DNA of 64,000 bases from Chrysomallon squamiferum (lineage: Eukaryota; Animalia; Mollusca): assembly GCA_012295275.1 (NCBI GenBank), contig CM022679.1:10788001-10852000 (forward strand), given 5' to 3'. Below, in pieces: positions 14,582 through 31,112 of this stretch (position 1 is the stretch's first letter; each line of letters starts with the position of its first letter). Below the pieces are notes generated by a model that saw nothing but the letters and a program-made list of their open reading frames with translations, did not search any database and had not been told where the DNA came from. A program made the translations under genes and the position numbers.

Positions 14582-14980
14582 CGCGTTACTTTCCAAAGAA
14601 AATGAATCCGAATTGCCATCATTTTGAAGTCCATCATTTGTGTAATTCGCTTAACTTCGAGTACCGATGCAACAATAAACAGAATCGATAAATAATTCAT
14701 CATGTTAATGTTTACGACACCTCGATCTCGTACACGTTAATTCCTGTCCACACTAAATATGAATCAACGTTCTCAAACGTCCAGAGTTTTCAGTTGCTGT
14801 TGTTGTTTTTCTGCACTGACAAATTATCGCGTGTGTTTATAATATGCTGCGACGCCTTCATAACTGCACAAGAGACGATTTCTTTACAAAATGCATAACA
14901 TGAATGCAACAATTAAAATTTCTTTATTTTTAAATGCTGTAAAAATGTAGAAATTTTATACATTATGTAATTGGACGATA

Positions 14981-15023
<43 letters not shown>

Positions 15024-17201
15024 ACAAACAAATAAACAAATAAATAAATAAATAATTACATCAGTGCTAGAGACATAATAACATTCAAGTCACCAGGACT
15101 GGCATTCATAAAACTTTAAAAGCCTAGTTTTTGTTGTTAAACTATTCTCTACATCAACTACATTGCTAAATTTTATTAATGGAAGCAAAGCTTTCAATTA
15201 CTTGTTGATCAAAACCTTTATATGTTAAGCAATTTGTCTAAATTATTTGTTTTTCATTACTCTGTGAACCAGCTCTTGTAAAATATAGTCCCATGTTAAT
15301 AAACATATAGATGTTAACTACATATTATGCATTTCAAGTCCATTTTGTGTTTCAAAATGAATATAAAACCGATGCATAATGTGTGTTGTTTTTTTTTGTT
15401 CTTTTCTAAAGTTTGTTAGATTTTTCTTTTTTATTTAATTTTTTTTAAAAAAATTTATTTATTTATTTATTTATTTTTAGACGATATCTTTTAAAGGGAG
15501 TTTTAATCTTTTTTTTTTTTTTGATTTTTTTAAATATTATTCTTTTGTATTTTCAGCATTTTGATGATTAATGATCATATTTAATATTCCAGGCTATTAA
15601 AGAAAGTCTTTTTGACACAAAAAATTTATTATCGACAATTAGATAAGGCAGACACTGGAATCGTTTTAATCGAATTTAAACCGAACCGAATAAATGGATT
15701 AGAGTTTACATTTCGCCAACCCTAATTTACAGGTTTCTCGAGTTAAAAATACACAGTTCTAACCTATCACTTGATTTTCTGGAACCAAATGTGAAGTTTT
15801 GTTAATTTAAATTTGGATAAACGTAATCATTTACGTCTGCTTCGGGCTACGAGGAAAAGGCTAGTTAATAGATAGACTGGTATCGGGCGGATATCTCTTC
15901 GACTTGTCAACGAAAGCATCGTGTGTGGCGCAGCAGAATACGAGAACTGTTCATGATCTTCAGAAAATTTGCAGAATTTTATTTTTTATTTTTTTTTTTG
16001 TGTTTGCGGTTATGTGTTTCTTTTATAAACAATAGTTACTGTCGTTATTGTTTTGTATGTTTGTTGTTGTTTTTCAAAAAGAATTCACCTTAACGAAGGT
16101 AGATTAACATTATAAAATATTTTGTCATTATTATTATAAACCCAGTCATGAAAAGCCTTCTGTATATTTTATATTTAATTAAACACTTTAAAATATACAA
16201 AATGTGTGTATATATGTATGTCTGTATCTTTATATGTATATATGCATGTATGTGTTTGCTTTATTTATTTATTTCCTTACCTACTTATTTATTTTTCTGT
16301 GCTTTGTTGTTTTTTCTCTTCTATTTACATAGAAACATTTGCGTATAAAAATATACATAAACATAAACACACACGAATACAGATAATAATAAAAAATATG
16401 ATTTGGCGATAGCGCGCTAGTTTTTGTAACTGCACACATTTCATGATTAGAAAGATAAATATATCTACTTTTCGCAGTTTTACTTTCTTCTTTTAAAAAA
16501 AAATTAAGTTTCGTGTGGTGAATATTTTTTTCTGTTTTAAACAAAGTTATCTGATGTTTTCAGATGAAGAGAAAAGTCAACAAGAATAAATCCATCATTA
16601 ATTCATCTATCCATCCTTCGACCATCCATCCTTTCATTATTTCATCATCCATTAATTCATCCTTTCATTAATTCATCCATCCTCTCATTGTTTCATCATC
16701 CATCCATCCATCCATCCATCCATTCGTTCATTAATCTATTCATTCAGTTTCTCTTTGGTTCATTAATTAGCTAATGGTTAATGTTCCGAAATGGATTAAA
16801 CCATTACAGTATTAATCATCCATAGATAAGCAATTCTCAGATATAAATAAATAATTTTTGTCGCCTATACATTATTATATGTTTTTTTCAAGGATTTTTA
16901 GGTTTTTTTTTTTTTTTTTAAATTACTTTTTTTAATGTTTTTTATTCGTGTTTTAGTTAGAAAACCATTAAAATAACGTAAATGTCTACGACAATCGAAT
17001 CAAGTTGTTACAGGCAAGCAACTTTAATGACGAAGCAATCGAAAAGAAATAGAACTGAATTCATTTATATATAATGCCGTTTATTTTGTTTTACAACCAT
17101 TAAGGATTCTAATTATTTGAAAGAGATTGATTTTACAGACAAATAAAGAAAGAAATACTAGAATTAAAATTACGCCTAGTTTCTATCAATGTGAGTCTAC
17201 G

Positions 17202-17232
<31 letters not shown>

Positions 17233-18392
17233 CTATATCTATGTCTATATATATACACACACGTACTATCGATATTCCATGCTATTTACGAACTACGTGA
17301 CTCTGACTATCAATATTAAGTTATCAAAACAGTATACAACGTACTTAAAATAAAATTACTCAGTAAAAGATAGACAAAAATAGATATGTCTTTGTCGCAG
17401 ATATGATGATTCATTTATCATAAAGGATAATTTTTTTTTTTTTTTTTTTTTTTTTGGTGCTTTATCGACGACATGCCAAAAAGTATTTCTAGATTTTATA
17501 CAGAATCTAATATATATTTCATTAATATAAATATCAAACGTCTTTTCTTTGGCTAGGAGGAAATATCAGTTATAATAAACTTGATGGCAATCCAATTTAC
17601 AACCGCTGTTAAGAGATATTTCTGATTTTATTATTTTTCGTTTTATGTGCAGGCATACATACATATAAGAGTGCAGTAGGTATTACATATCTGTGGGAAT
17701 AAGTGAACGTGTATATATGTGCTGCAAACCGCTAAATATACTTATCAATACGAGCATACGTGCATGTATGAGTATATATATATATATATATTTTTTTTTG
17801 ACATATACACGTACACTTTTAGATGCAGATAACACTTTCAGATTAGCTGACACGTACATAAATATGTGTGCATCCGCATGTTTACATGGGCTCGTTAAGC
17901 GTGTGGTGTTAAATGTACACAAATGACGCCTGTCTCGCTGAGAAGTATTTAGCGGTCGAGATTAACACCCAGCAGACGTATCAAAATTTAAAATAAACTC
18001 ACCATAAAAATTTTTTTTACAGAGCTAGACGCAAACCTGATCACCAGCTTTGGATGCGCAGAATATGTAAACAAATTATTTGACATTAAAATAAACAGTT
18101 TCTTATTTCCAGAAATTTTTGGCGAACTTTTACCTGTTCTCCGCGATATTCTGAGTAAATAAATAGAATGTGATAGGAAAATAATTGAAGTGCTATTTTT
18201 ATAGCCGTTTCTTATGCAGTGGGATGAATGAGAGCAAAGAAGATGAATGGAGACAAATCTAAACTGTGTTTACAGAATTAGAAAATGTGTTTGTTTACAT
18301 ACAGGCGTACAAACGTAGATGCATAAGTTTTATATACATACATATATATATATATATAACACATTAATTTTGAGGAACGTGCGTATCATTTC

Positions 18393-18488
<96 letters not shown>

Positions 18489-18674
18489 CGTGTGTGAAGT
18501 ATAATGCTTGTATAATTATATATATTTGTATATAATATATTAATTAATATGTAAACTTTAAAAATATTACAACACACTAAAAATGTATTTCTGTTGTCAG
18601 TTACTGGATGTGAAATGCGATAATTCTGACATATATGTTCAAATGAAAAACACTAGTTATTATAATTATTATTA

Positions 18675-18718
<44 letters not shown>

Positions 18719-19583
18719 ACATTATTATTATTATTATTATTTCATTACTTAAAAGGAATCTTCAGAACACACCCACTAACGAACAGGTAAGGACAAACCA
18801 CAGACTTTGTTAACAAGTCGCTTGAAACAAGAAACGATCGAACGTACGCATCGATCCTGCGACTTCTCTACAGGTTCGTCTGTCTGTGTGTGTGTGTGTG
18901 TTACACATTCTCTCTCTCGTTGACGTCTAATGGAGAGAGATCATAAATAATTATATCCTTAATCACATTCACTATCTATCATTTCACTTCGGCACGGGAC
19001 ATCGTTTCCTTCCTTTTAATTTTATAGTGATTTAGCTGCCGAACCATTTTTGAAACCAATTACACGAAATCGAGAAGATGCATGGCGGTTGTCGATGAAT
19101 CTTTTATTCGCTGGAACATAAAATAAAAGTACGAAGCTCCAAGGACGCCTAAAAACGTTTTAATATTACAGGTTATGGAGTGAGAAATGTGAGCTGTAAA
19201 TATTATTATCAGAAAAAAAAAAAAAAAAAAAAAAAAAATTGTTTTTGCTTTCAAAACCTGGTTACATTTACTCACCTGCAGCTAGGTGTATCATACAGTT
19301 AATCTTTGCGAGAGAGAGAGAGAGCATGATGGAAAGTAATATGTTATTGTGTTATTTTGAGACAGTTCACAAATAACCTTCGAAATGAAATGCAAAGTTA
19401 TACATCGCGGCAAGTTACATTACAGGATTACTGTAGTAGAATGAATTATTAGTTTTTTTTATTTCTGTTGGAATTGTGAATTAATAACTTTATGTTGCTA
19501 TTTCGGTTTTACTGCAATGAAAGAAATCAGGGAGCATTTTCGCTGTATGTCTGTTTAGTATATATTCTTTATATGTATATGTG

Positions 19584-19690
<107 letters not shown>

Positions 19691-20173
19691 TTATGATATA
19701 TTGATACATTGTTGGAAGAAATTATAATAAAATTTATATATGTAACTGAAATGAGATAAAATCAAATAAAGTAAAATGCAAGCATACGCCTAGAGACATA
19801 TACAAATAAGATATGTAAAACTTCTTCTTAAAACAGATACACCTGTATATAATTTAGTATTTAAAAAAAAAAAAAAAAAATACAAAATACTAAATAAAAA
19901 GATAACTGATTCCATCCATCAAGCCGTGGCTATGTTAGTTTTCGTAATGTGAGAGTTTTTATTACAGAGTGAGGACGTCTTGCTACTTTATTAATGGTAA
20001 GAATATTGAATGATCAATCAAAGAATGCACAAGGGAAAGTTATTTATAGTCCGACGAGTATTTCATTAAATTACCAAATACCAGAAACTGATAATAACAC
20101 GGTTCCCAGTAGACGTCCAGACAGCGTCCCTATTAGTATTCGATGGATTTATGTATGAATGTTTGCTTGGATC

Positions 20174-20211
<38 letters not shown>

Positions 20212-20611
20212 GTATGGATGTATGTATATGTATGTGTGATGTATATATATTTGTGTATTATATGTGTAAGCCTAAAATGACATAAAATGTTACTACTGAA
20301 AAAGAATATTTATTTAAAAATTGAACATGCATTTATTTTTTAACTATTATATAACATCCATTTGTTTTTTAACTATTATATAACATGGATTTATTTTTTA
20401 AATATTACATACATTTTTATTGTTTTTTAATTTTGAAAGCTACAGTTTACCAGTATGTGCATCAATTAATAATTAACAATATCACAATTTGCAGATTATA
20501 AGAAAGCTTTTTATTATTGTATTTTGTTTTTCTTATTTCTTTTTTCATCTTTAATCAAGAGTTGAAATTTAATTTCAGTGATTAGTTAACTTTGCTGTTA
20601 AATTCACTTAC

Positions 20612-20658
20612 CTCCGTTTCTGTCTTTGGTCTGCTGGATGTTTCGTTCACCATCAAAC
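20612..20658 (-). CDS. Candidate 47-nt exon with start codon (MVNETSSRPKTETE|, phase 0) of an unidentified downstream gene
   Basis: tttttcag|GTTTGATGGTG...ACGGAG|gtaagt, with a consensus acceptor and donor. Confidence 0.5.
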
Positions 20659-20815
20659 CTGAAAAATTCTAAACAATTTCAGTTAACATCCCAAATTTAG
20701 ACACAACCAATTTAAAATAATTTGTTTCTTACGTCAGAGGTCGCGACAAATCATTTGACGAATATATTGATATCCATATAAAACTAAGATTATATTTATA
20801 TATATATATATATAA

Positions 20816-20933
20816 AATTATCTATCGTGCCTGTTCAAATAAATTGTAATAATAATATATATATATATATTATTGCAATTTATTTGAATATATTTATTAT
20901 TGCAATTTATTTGAACAGGTACGATAGATAATT
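20816..20933. mobile_element. MITE-like hairpin with arms of about 40 bp
   Basis: Left arm aattatctatcgtgcctgttcaaataaattgtaataa is the reverse complement of right arm ttattgcaatttatttgaacaggtacgatagataatt, with 2 mismatches. Confidence 0.6.
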
Positions 20934-22754
20934 AGGAAAGTAAAGGTGTTGAATATTGGCTTTTACCTTTCATGGTACGTTGCTTTTATTGTTCAGATAA
21001 ATAAATAGTTTTAATCTCAATTAACTGATAAACATTTTTTTTTTTTTTTTCCAAACAGCATTCAGCCGATAATAAATATGTAAAATAAACACTGAAAGAA
21101 GCTTTCTGGCTTTCGTCAACGGCAGAATAATTAAATTTAGTTGACCATAGACGAATATTCGACATACAATTAACCGTACATTAGTTGGGTTGGCTACGGA
21201 ATAAGCTTTATTGCATCTTTTAACCTACTAAAGTTGATGACAACCGGAAAGTACAAATCTACAAATCCATTTATCAATAGAAACAGTCGTTATCCTCTGT
21301 CATCGGCTTCAGACGGTTTCACGCATGGAAAGCCAGGAAAGGACAGAAATGTTTGTTTATGGACGCCGTGGTACATTTTCTGATTAACCGCCGTTGTTAG
21401 ACTTCAAATTCAGAGTAATAGCTAACATGAGCAAACTCCCTCGCTACAGTCGTCTGTGTCTTTGCGGTTTAAATAGCATAAATACAGTAATTACCGCACT
21501 GGAAGGTAGAGTTTCATTACAAGAGTGATTTTTTTTTTTTCTTGTTACAGATAATTGCGATATGCTACCTAATCTTGTCTTGGTTTGAAAATCCCCGTTT
21601 CTGGATTGTTGTTTTTGGACTAACATCTTCGTAGCTGCTTTTTCTTGTTTCCAAATTAAATCATAAATCTAATATGCGTATCAGCTTTATCTTGTGAATA
21701 TATTATTTAACACTGAGCATATTATTATATTTGATTTTATAGTTTAAATTCGATCTAGCATTCATGTTAAAGAAATCAGTTATCTATCGCTTATTACATG
21801 TGGAAATTGGAATCAGATAACCAATACATTTTTTTTTTTTAAACTTTACTAAAAATATATTTATTACTTACTCTCGCTTTTTTTTTTTCATGAATCAAAA
21901 TATATTTTAATAGCTGTGTTGATTTGCTGTCGTTCTAATGCAACGATTTCGTTAATTCAAAACTTATTTTAATTTGTGTGATCTTTTACCCTCGTTTCAC
22001 GCTTTACGTTTTTTTTTTCACAGATCTCTGCTAACTTTGGCTAAATGAAACTAACTCGGGCACCAGGTCTCGACTGGAATCAATGTCTTGACTTCCAATC
22101 TGCATCAGAGGCACATATCGATTCCGAAAATTTCTTTATTTGGATTGCACAGTTTTAGCTATCAATTAGACGCCGAAGCCGTATGAAAGACTTAAATAAA
22201 TGATGCGCTTTAAATTGAGGAGGAATCCACGTCACATCACGTGCTGACATTTACTCTCGGAAGAGGAATGGCGGTCTTCTGTTGTCTCCATTTCGAGAAC
22301 CTTTCTTTAAAGTAAACAACGTCGCCCGTAGCAGGATGACCGATAATGATGGATCAGGCGCAAATTCCGAAACCATTCGAAAATGTCATACGGCAGATTG
22401 GAGGAAATTAGCTTGTATGTTTGAAACAAAAGCCGTGTCGCTTCGAATGGTTAATGGCAGAAAAATGGTGCAAAATAAATATGTATGACGTATTTCTTTC
22501 CCTGACGTAAGATTATGAAATGTTATATGTGAGACGAAATGGGAAACAACTAATTCTAGAAGATTTTTTTTTTTTTTAATTTTTTTTTTTTTTCCTATTT
22601 TTGTGACGTTGTTATTTAGCTGCTCAAGATAACAATAAACAGCTTATTTTTGTGTCCTGTGAGTTCTTAATAACAACATATTCAGATCAATGGTATACTA
22701 TGAACTCAAAATAAGGAAAACCAACGGGCGATCATCATCATCTCATCACATCTG

Positions 22755-22792
<38 letters not shown>

Positions 22793-23659
22793 CATATAAA
22801 ACCAACCGAAATATCTTGAAGATAAAAATAAATCCCACTTGGGTTGGGTAGCCAAAATCTTACTCATCGGTGACCAGTGTTAAAATTAAGACCCACGACA
22901 GGACGTAACGATGTCAAACAAACTATTTTATATACTTTCTAACAGATATTAAACATATTAATAGATAGGTAGCAGGCATCTTCAACAATTCTAAAATAAT
23001 TTCACTGCTATTGAATTAACATATATGGGTTTCGTTTGCCTAGGTTTAAGCAAGACAAACTCCGATTCTGTGCTATAAACATATTTTATATAAATTACAA
23101 CGTCTAGAATGAAATGTACTTCTTACTTGAATAAAGATTTCATGTAAATATTAAACGGTTTTTATCATCTTTTTTTCTCAAAAATTGGCATTCAGAACAA
23201 CAATATATAATAAACATCAAGAACAACAACAACAATAATAATAAAATAAATCAGGTTTTTTTCGAAATATGAGGCTGTTTGCCAGTGATTTTCATATTGA
23301 AGCAACAAATGCATACGTAACACAGCGAGTGAAATAGAATGTAAGCAGACATCTCTAACGACTTGTTTATAGTTGTTTTGGAAACGTGTTTGGAAAAAAA
23401 ACTACTACTATTAATAATACGTATGTGCATTATTATGTATTATTATAGTTGTTATCAGGATTATTATAATTAGAAATGTATTCATGTTATTTATTTATTT
23501 ATCTGTCTTTCTACATATCTATATCTATCTGTCTATCTATCTATCTATCTGTCTATCTATCTATCTGTCTGTCTGTCTATTTGTCCGCTAGTAAAGTGTA
23601 CGTTGGTAAATGTGTATTTTTCCCGATTAATATTTAATACTAAGTTGATTGTATGGATC

Positions 23660-23721
<62 letters not shown>

Positions 23722-23955
23722 AAAATAAAAAAATAAAAACAGCATAGTTCTTAATATTTCATTATATTTAATATTATTATTATTATTATTTATTATTATT
23801 ATTATTATTATCATTATTATTATCATTATTATTATCAAAAGATACATGAGAGTGAACTAATAAGATAGTTATAATTTTGTAATAATAAAGTTATAAGACC
23901 TGTATGTGTGATTACGTGTATAAACGTATATGTGTGTTTGTGTGTGTGGGTGCGC

Positions 23956-23987
<32 letters not shown>

Positions 23988-24670
23988 GCTCACGCGAGTG
24001 AGCTAGTACATGTATTAATGGGAATGCACCATCAAAAATGTTTGTTTCGGAGTAATTTAATAAACCAGCACTAAGTTATTTTTCAAAATTACGTCTTCTG
24101 CTTGTAGAAACCTACTACTGAGATACGTCCCGTGATTTCCTATTTGTAACGGAATTTGTCACTGCAGAACAATGTGAATGAGAAGAGACATGAAGTAGGA
24201 TATATGCCAGCACAATTATGATTAACTCTTTTTTTTTTCCAATTCCAAACATTTTGCTGGAGCACAAAAAACAAAGAAATGGAAAATAAAAAGTAGGACC
24301 TAGAAAAACAATTATCTTTTCGTTCTGCGACATGCTATGCCATCGGTTTTTAGGCATATAAGTCGTACGAACGAATCACTCTTCTTTTCTGAGTTAACTG
24401 CAGAGGTTTAAGGTAACCAAAATAGGCTCGACTCTCATAATAAACTTTATTTTGCAGATTCTCCAGCTTGTGAAAAACAATACTTAATGCAAAGATTTCC
24501 TTGTTTATTCGTTTATGCAATTTGCTAAATAATTCAACAGTTTTCTTATGTGTATTTTTAAAATATATTTTATATATGTATTTCTTTTTGTTTTGAGTAG
24601 ATTTTAAATTATTTTCATCAACACCATTATCCTATTTCTTCTTCATCATCAACATCTTCTTCTTCTTCTT

Positions 24671-24701
<31 letters not shown>

Positions 24702-25915
24702 TTATTATTATTATTAACACCACTCCTTAATAAACATTTACATTCTTTTATAAAATTAAAAAAAATAATAATCATACACCTCAGAAATATAATCTTATCC
24801 ACTTATATTCCAGAAACTATTTATAAAACTCATTTAAGAAGGCCACTTCTGTAATAAAAAAAAATAAAAAAAAAAAAATAATTATTTTAAAACTTCCTCA
24901 TTTAATTACGATAAGACTTATTAACTATACAAAAGGGAAATCACTCTTGGACGTTGGCGTTACGGCTTAAATAACCCTTCATGAAAGTGTCGACGTTTCG
25001 TGTGAATTATAAGTTTATTTTTCTAAGACTGGGAGTACAAGTAAAACCTGTCAATTAGTTACTGTGAGCTTGATGTGAACTGTTTTCGACCTTCCAGAGA
25101 ATTACGGCTTCGTTAACCTACGATTTTTTTTTTTTCACTGAGAGTCTATTTTCAAAAGCCAATGATGTATACTTTGGCCCATGATCAGGAGGATGGTCAG
25201 ACGGACTCGTGATAAACACTTCCACAGTTTATCATTTTATCTCAGAAATCAGTCTCGATGGTTTTTCCGCTGAGCCGTTTTGCTTCCAGTCTCAGTTTCA
25301 CTGGTTTGTTTAAAACTGTGGTAGGCGTTTTCATGACTGCGGGACGATTGATTAACAGAGCAAGTTGATAAATTAATTTCGATAGCGATTTTTCTTTCAC
25401 ACATAAAAAAAATACACACACATACATATACACACAGAGATCCACAATGACACAACAAACATACAAATGTATATGTACTTTCGAAACTTCAGTTATTATT
25501 AGTTATATATCATCTCTGTGGCTTGTCAGTATCATCATCATCATCATCATCATCATGGTTGCTGTCATCGGTGCTACAACTGCCGGCACTATTCCAGAAC
25601 AGTTATTATTGCTGTAACAACTGTCGATGCTGTTGTTTCACGTGAACCAGTCGTCGTCCTACCGCTGACACCAGAAACCACGTTTCTTAATTTGATTGTT
25701 TCCAGCGCCAGGTTTCACAGCAGGCAAACAGAGCGCATGCAATAGACTGAGATTCCGACACAAGTAATAGATGCTCCCAGCTGCCATTCCGAGCCATCGT
25801 TCTGTTTACGCTCGATGTATTTGCTTATGGAATTAATCTTCAGAATAAATCTGTGATGCGTAATTCAGCACACATTCGTATTTAGAGCACGTGTTTAAAT
25901 TAAGGCTTCCTATCT

Positions 25916-25946
<31 letters not shown>

Positions 25947-26211
25947 GTTGTTGTTAGATAATAATGGATTGCAAGCACAACATCAAGAACATGTGTGTGC
26001 GTATGTGATGTAGATATTGTACATGTGTGAACATATTTAATAGAGTGGGTTATTAACAGTTTATTAAAGTATTAAAAATGGAAATCTGGATATCCGGCAG
26101 CTTATACATTTCTGTATTTTTTTTAGTTTATTTTTTTTTTTTTAAAAAACAAAAAAAATTAAAAAATTAAAAATTTAACTTATTTATTTATTTATTTATT
26201 TACTACTACTG

Positions 26212-26288
<77 letters not shown>

Positions 26289-27180
26289 TTGATATAGGTC
26301 ATTACATTATGTTTTATGTATCTATATTTCTCTCTCTCTTTTTCTCTCTCTCTCTCTCTCGCTCTCTGTCAGTCTCTGTATAAATACATACACACACACA
26401 CAACACACACACACACACACAAGCTCGTATTTCTACATTTGTATTCCACTCAATAGTCTCTACGACACAGAACTTGAAATACAACACCCGTAGACACTCA
26501 GAAACGATCTCACGCGTTATCTGAATAACTATTGCTGTGATTATACGTAATACAAACGAAAGTTCCTTTCTGTTTTCAGTTAGCATGAAGACACTAAATT
26601 TATCAATTTAAATGATAGTTCTCTGCGAGATGATTAATTGAAATATTTTCGTTCCCTTTTTTTGCCATGTAGTGCCTCGATGGGTTAATACAATTCTTGC
26701 TCCAAATTTATTGGAAACTGCTAACCGTAGAGAGAAGAACTGATCTGGCTTGGCTGCGTCTGAATCCAGACATTGTACAATAGCCAGACAAAACAACAAC
26801 AACAACAACAACAACAACAGCAACAACAACAACACACACACGCACACACAAAAGAAAAAACCCAATGAATTATACAAAATAATATCATAAACATTTCGTA
26901 GTGACTAAACTATATAAAAAACAAAACAAAAAAACTATTAATATACGATTTAGTCTGTTAAACTATTAACACACGTAAAATAATGTACCTATTCGTTTTA
27001 TTCAACTATATAAAGAGACAAATTATCCAGTAATAATGACAAGCAGGCACGTTTTTAAAATACTAAATTAAGAAGAATTGATTTTGCGAAATGATATGAA
27101 ACACGAATAATCAAAGACGTATTATGCAAAATAATATATAACTATATAACTATAAATCAACAACAACAACAACTACTACG

Positions 27181-27248
<68 letters not shown>

Positions 27249-27413
27249 TAAAAACGAAATATGCCAACCAATATAAGAATATTCATTATAAAATGAATAT
27301 CAGTGACGAATGATGCAAAGCAATATAAAGATATTGATTTTAAACAAACTATCAAAGATGTAATATAAAACATAACATGACGTTAGTTTTAAACCATCAA
27401 GTTGCATTTTAAA

Positions 27414-27650
27414 AAATAATATGTAACATAGACTCACACTTACCTAACAAAGACAAATTATGTAAAATAATATTATTAACATGTGCTCATGCTGACTTAT
27501 CACAGACGAATTAAGCAAAATAACATGTACATGTGCTGATTCTGATCTAACAAAGACGAATTATGTAAAATAATATGTACATGGGCTCACACTGACCTAA
27601 CATAGGCGAATTATATTTAATAAATATGTGTATAGACAGACTCACAGTGA
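27414..27650 (+). repeat. Degenerate tandem repeat, unit about 53 bp, 4-5 copies
   Basis: Recurrent ctaacaaagacgaattatgtaaaataatatgtacatgtgctca-like units. Confidence 0.7.
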
Positions 27651-28410
27651 AATATTATGAATTAATTAACGCGAGACTCGAGACTTTGTGATGTTTTTAT
27701 TACGAGGATGATTGGAAACGCCTTGTCTTTCAAATTCTTCACTGCAGCTCTGACTTCCTACGGTAAGATAACATCTTTTCTTATCTAAAGCTCCTCTGTG
27801 TAGATAACTTTCGTCTCGTAATGAGAAACCATGGCACGAGGGTTTTGATTGTATAGCGTGTGTTATCAGAGCGCTTCCAAGTGTTACGTCGTTAACTAGC
27901 AAACAAAACTATACAGCATGTCGTTCAGATTTGATTTAATGTACAAACTGTTTGGAATTTCTCTCTTTTTTTCTTCTTTTCTCTCTTTTTTTTTTTTTAA
28001 AAGTGTTTTATGTTTTCTTTAGTTTTTTGGGGGGTTTTTGTGCGTGTTTTGTGTGGTGTGTGTTTTCCTAATTTTTTTTAAATTTATTTATTTATAAATA
28101 TATAATTTTTTTTAATGATTTCTTTCTTGGTTATTTATATTACTTTATTTCAGTCTTTTTTTTTTTTTTTTCTTTTTTTTTTGCTTTTTCCTTGTTATGT
28201 TTTTATTTTATTTTATTTTATTATTTTTAATTTTTTTTTTTGTTGTATCATCTTGTTATTCGTAATGATATGCTTCTTTTAAAAACTCATATTTAATTTC
28301 TTAAAATTATTTTACAACATTTTATCTATTTTTCTATGTAGTTTATCTATCTATCTATCTTTCTGTATCTGTCTATCTGTTTCTCTCTCTAACTATCTGT
28401 CTGTCTATCC

Positions 28411-28480
<70 letters not shown>

Positions 28481-28775
28481 CTGTTTATCTGTCTGCCTGT
28501 CCGTCTGTCTCTTCAGTTTATTTCTTTCTTCCATCTTTATCAGTTCTGGAAAATTTTGAGTTGTTAATTTACATTCTTCATTGTTTAAATATACTAATTA
28601 AGAAACGGTAAGGATCAAGGACCACTGTTATTATGTGTTTATGTTTATATTGATCTGCCATTGTGTTCGTTAAAGTACATCAGTGTTTATACGTATGTTT
28701 ATACGTGAACTTTTCCTTTTATATATTTCTCAAGATTTGATAAAAATTGAAATTAGGTATTTCACTTTAATCAGT

Positions 28776-30740
<1,965 letters not shown>

Positions 30741-31081
30741 TATTTATTACTTTTTGAAGACATTGTGATCGAAGCATATTCCTCCTGTATCTGATAATAG
30801 TATCGATATTTATTGTCTTCAGCTGTTTTAAATGGTAAAAATATGTATTTTTTCTTCTATTAATTAATTAATTAATCAGTTTATTTATTTATTGTTGCTG
30901 TTGACACGAAACTATAAACTTGTTGACGTTCATTGAAACTATCTTCACACCGTTTAATAATAAAAAACCTTAAATCCACTTCTAGTCCAGTGTGTAAACA
31001 ATTTTTTTTTTTTTTTTTTTAATGTTTTATTTTTTATTTTTTAAATTGCTTTTCATTTCATTTTATTATAATTTTATTTAC

Positions 31082-31112
<31 letters not shown>

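Noticed and set aside
19276-19305. Strong minus-strand donor CAG|gtgagt preceded by MIHLAA
   Set aside because: Phase 1, weak acceptor and no partner exon found; not supportable as an exon.
25518-25745. His-tract ORF (MACQYHHHHHHHH...)
   Set aside because: The His run is a (CAT)n microsatellite, the start codon is GTG and there is no exon structure.
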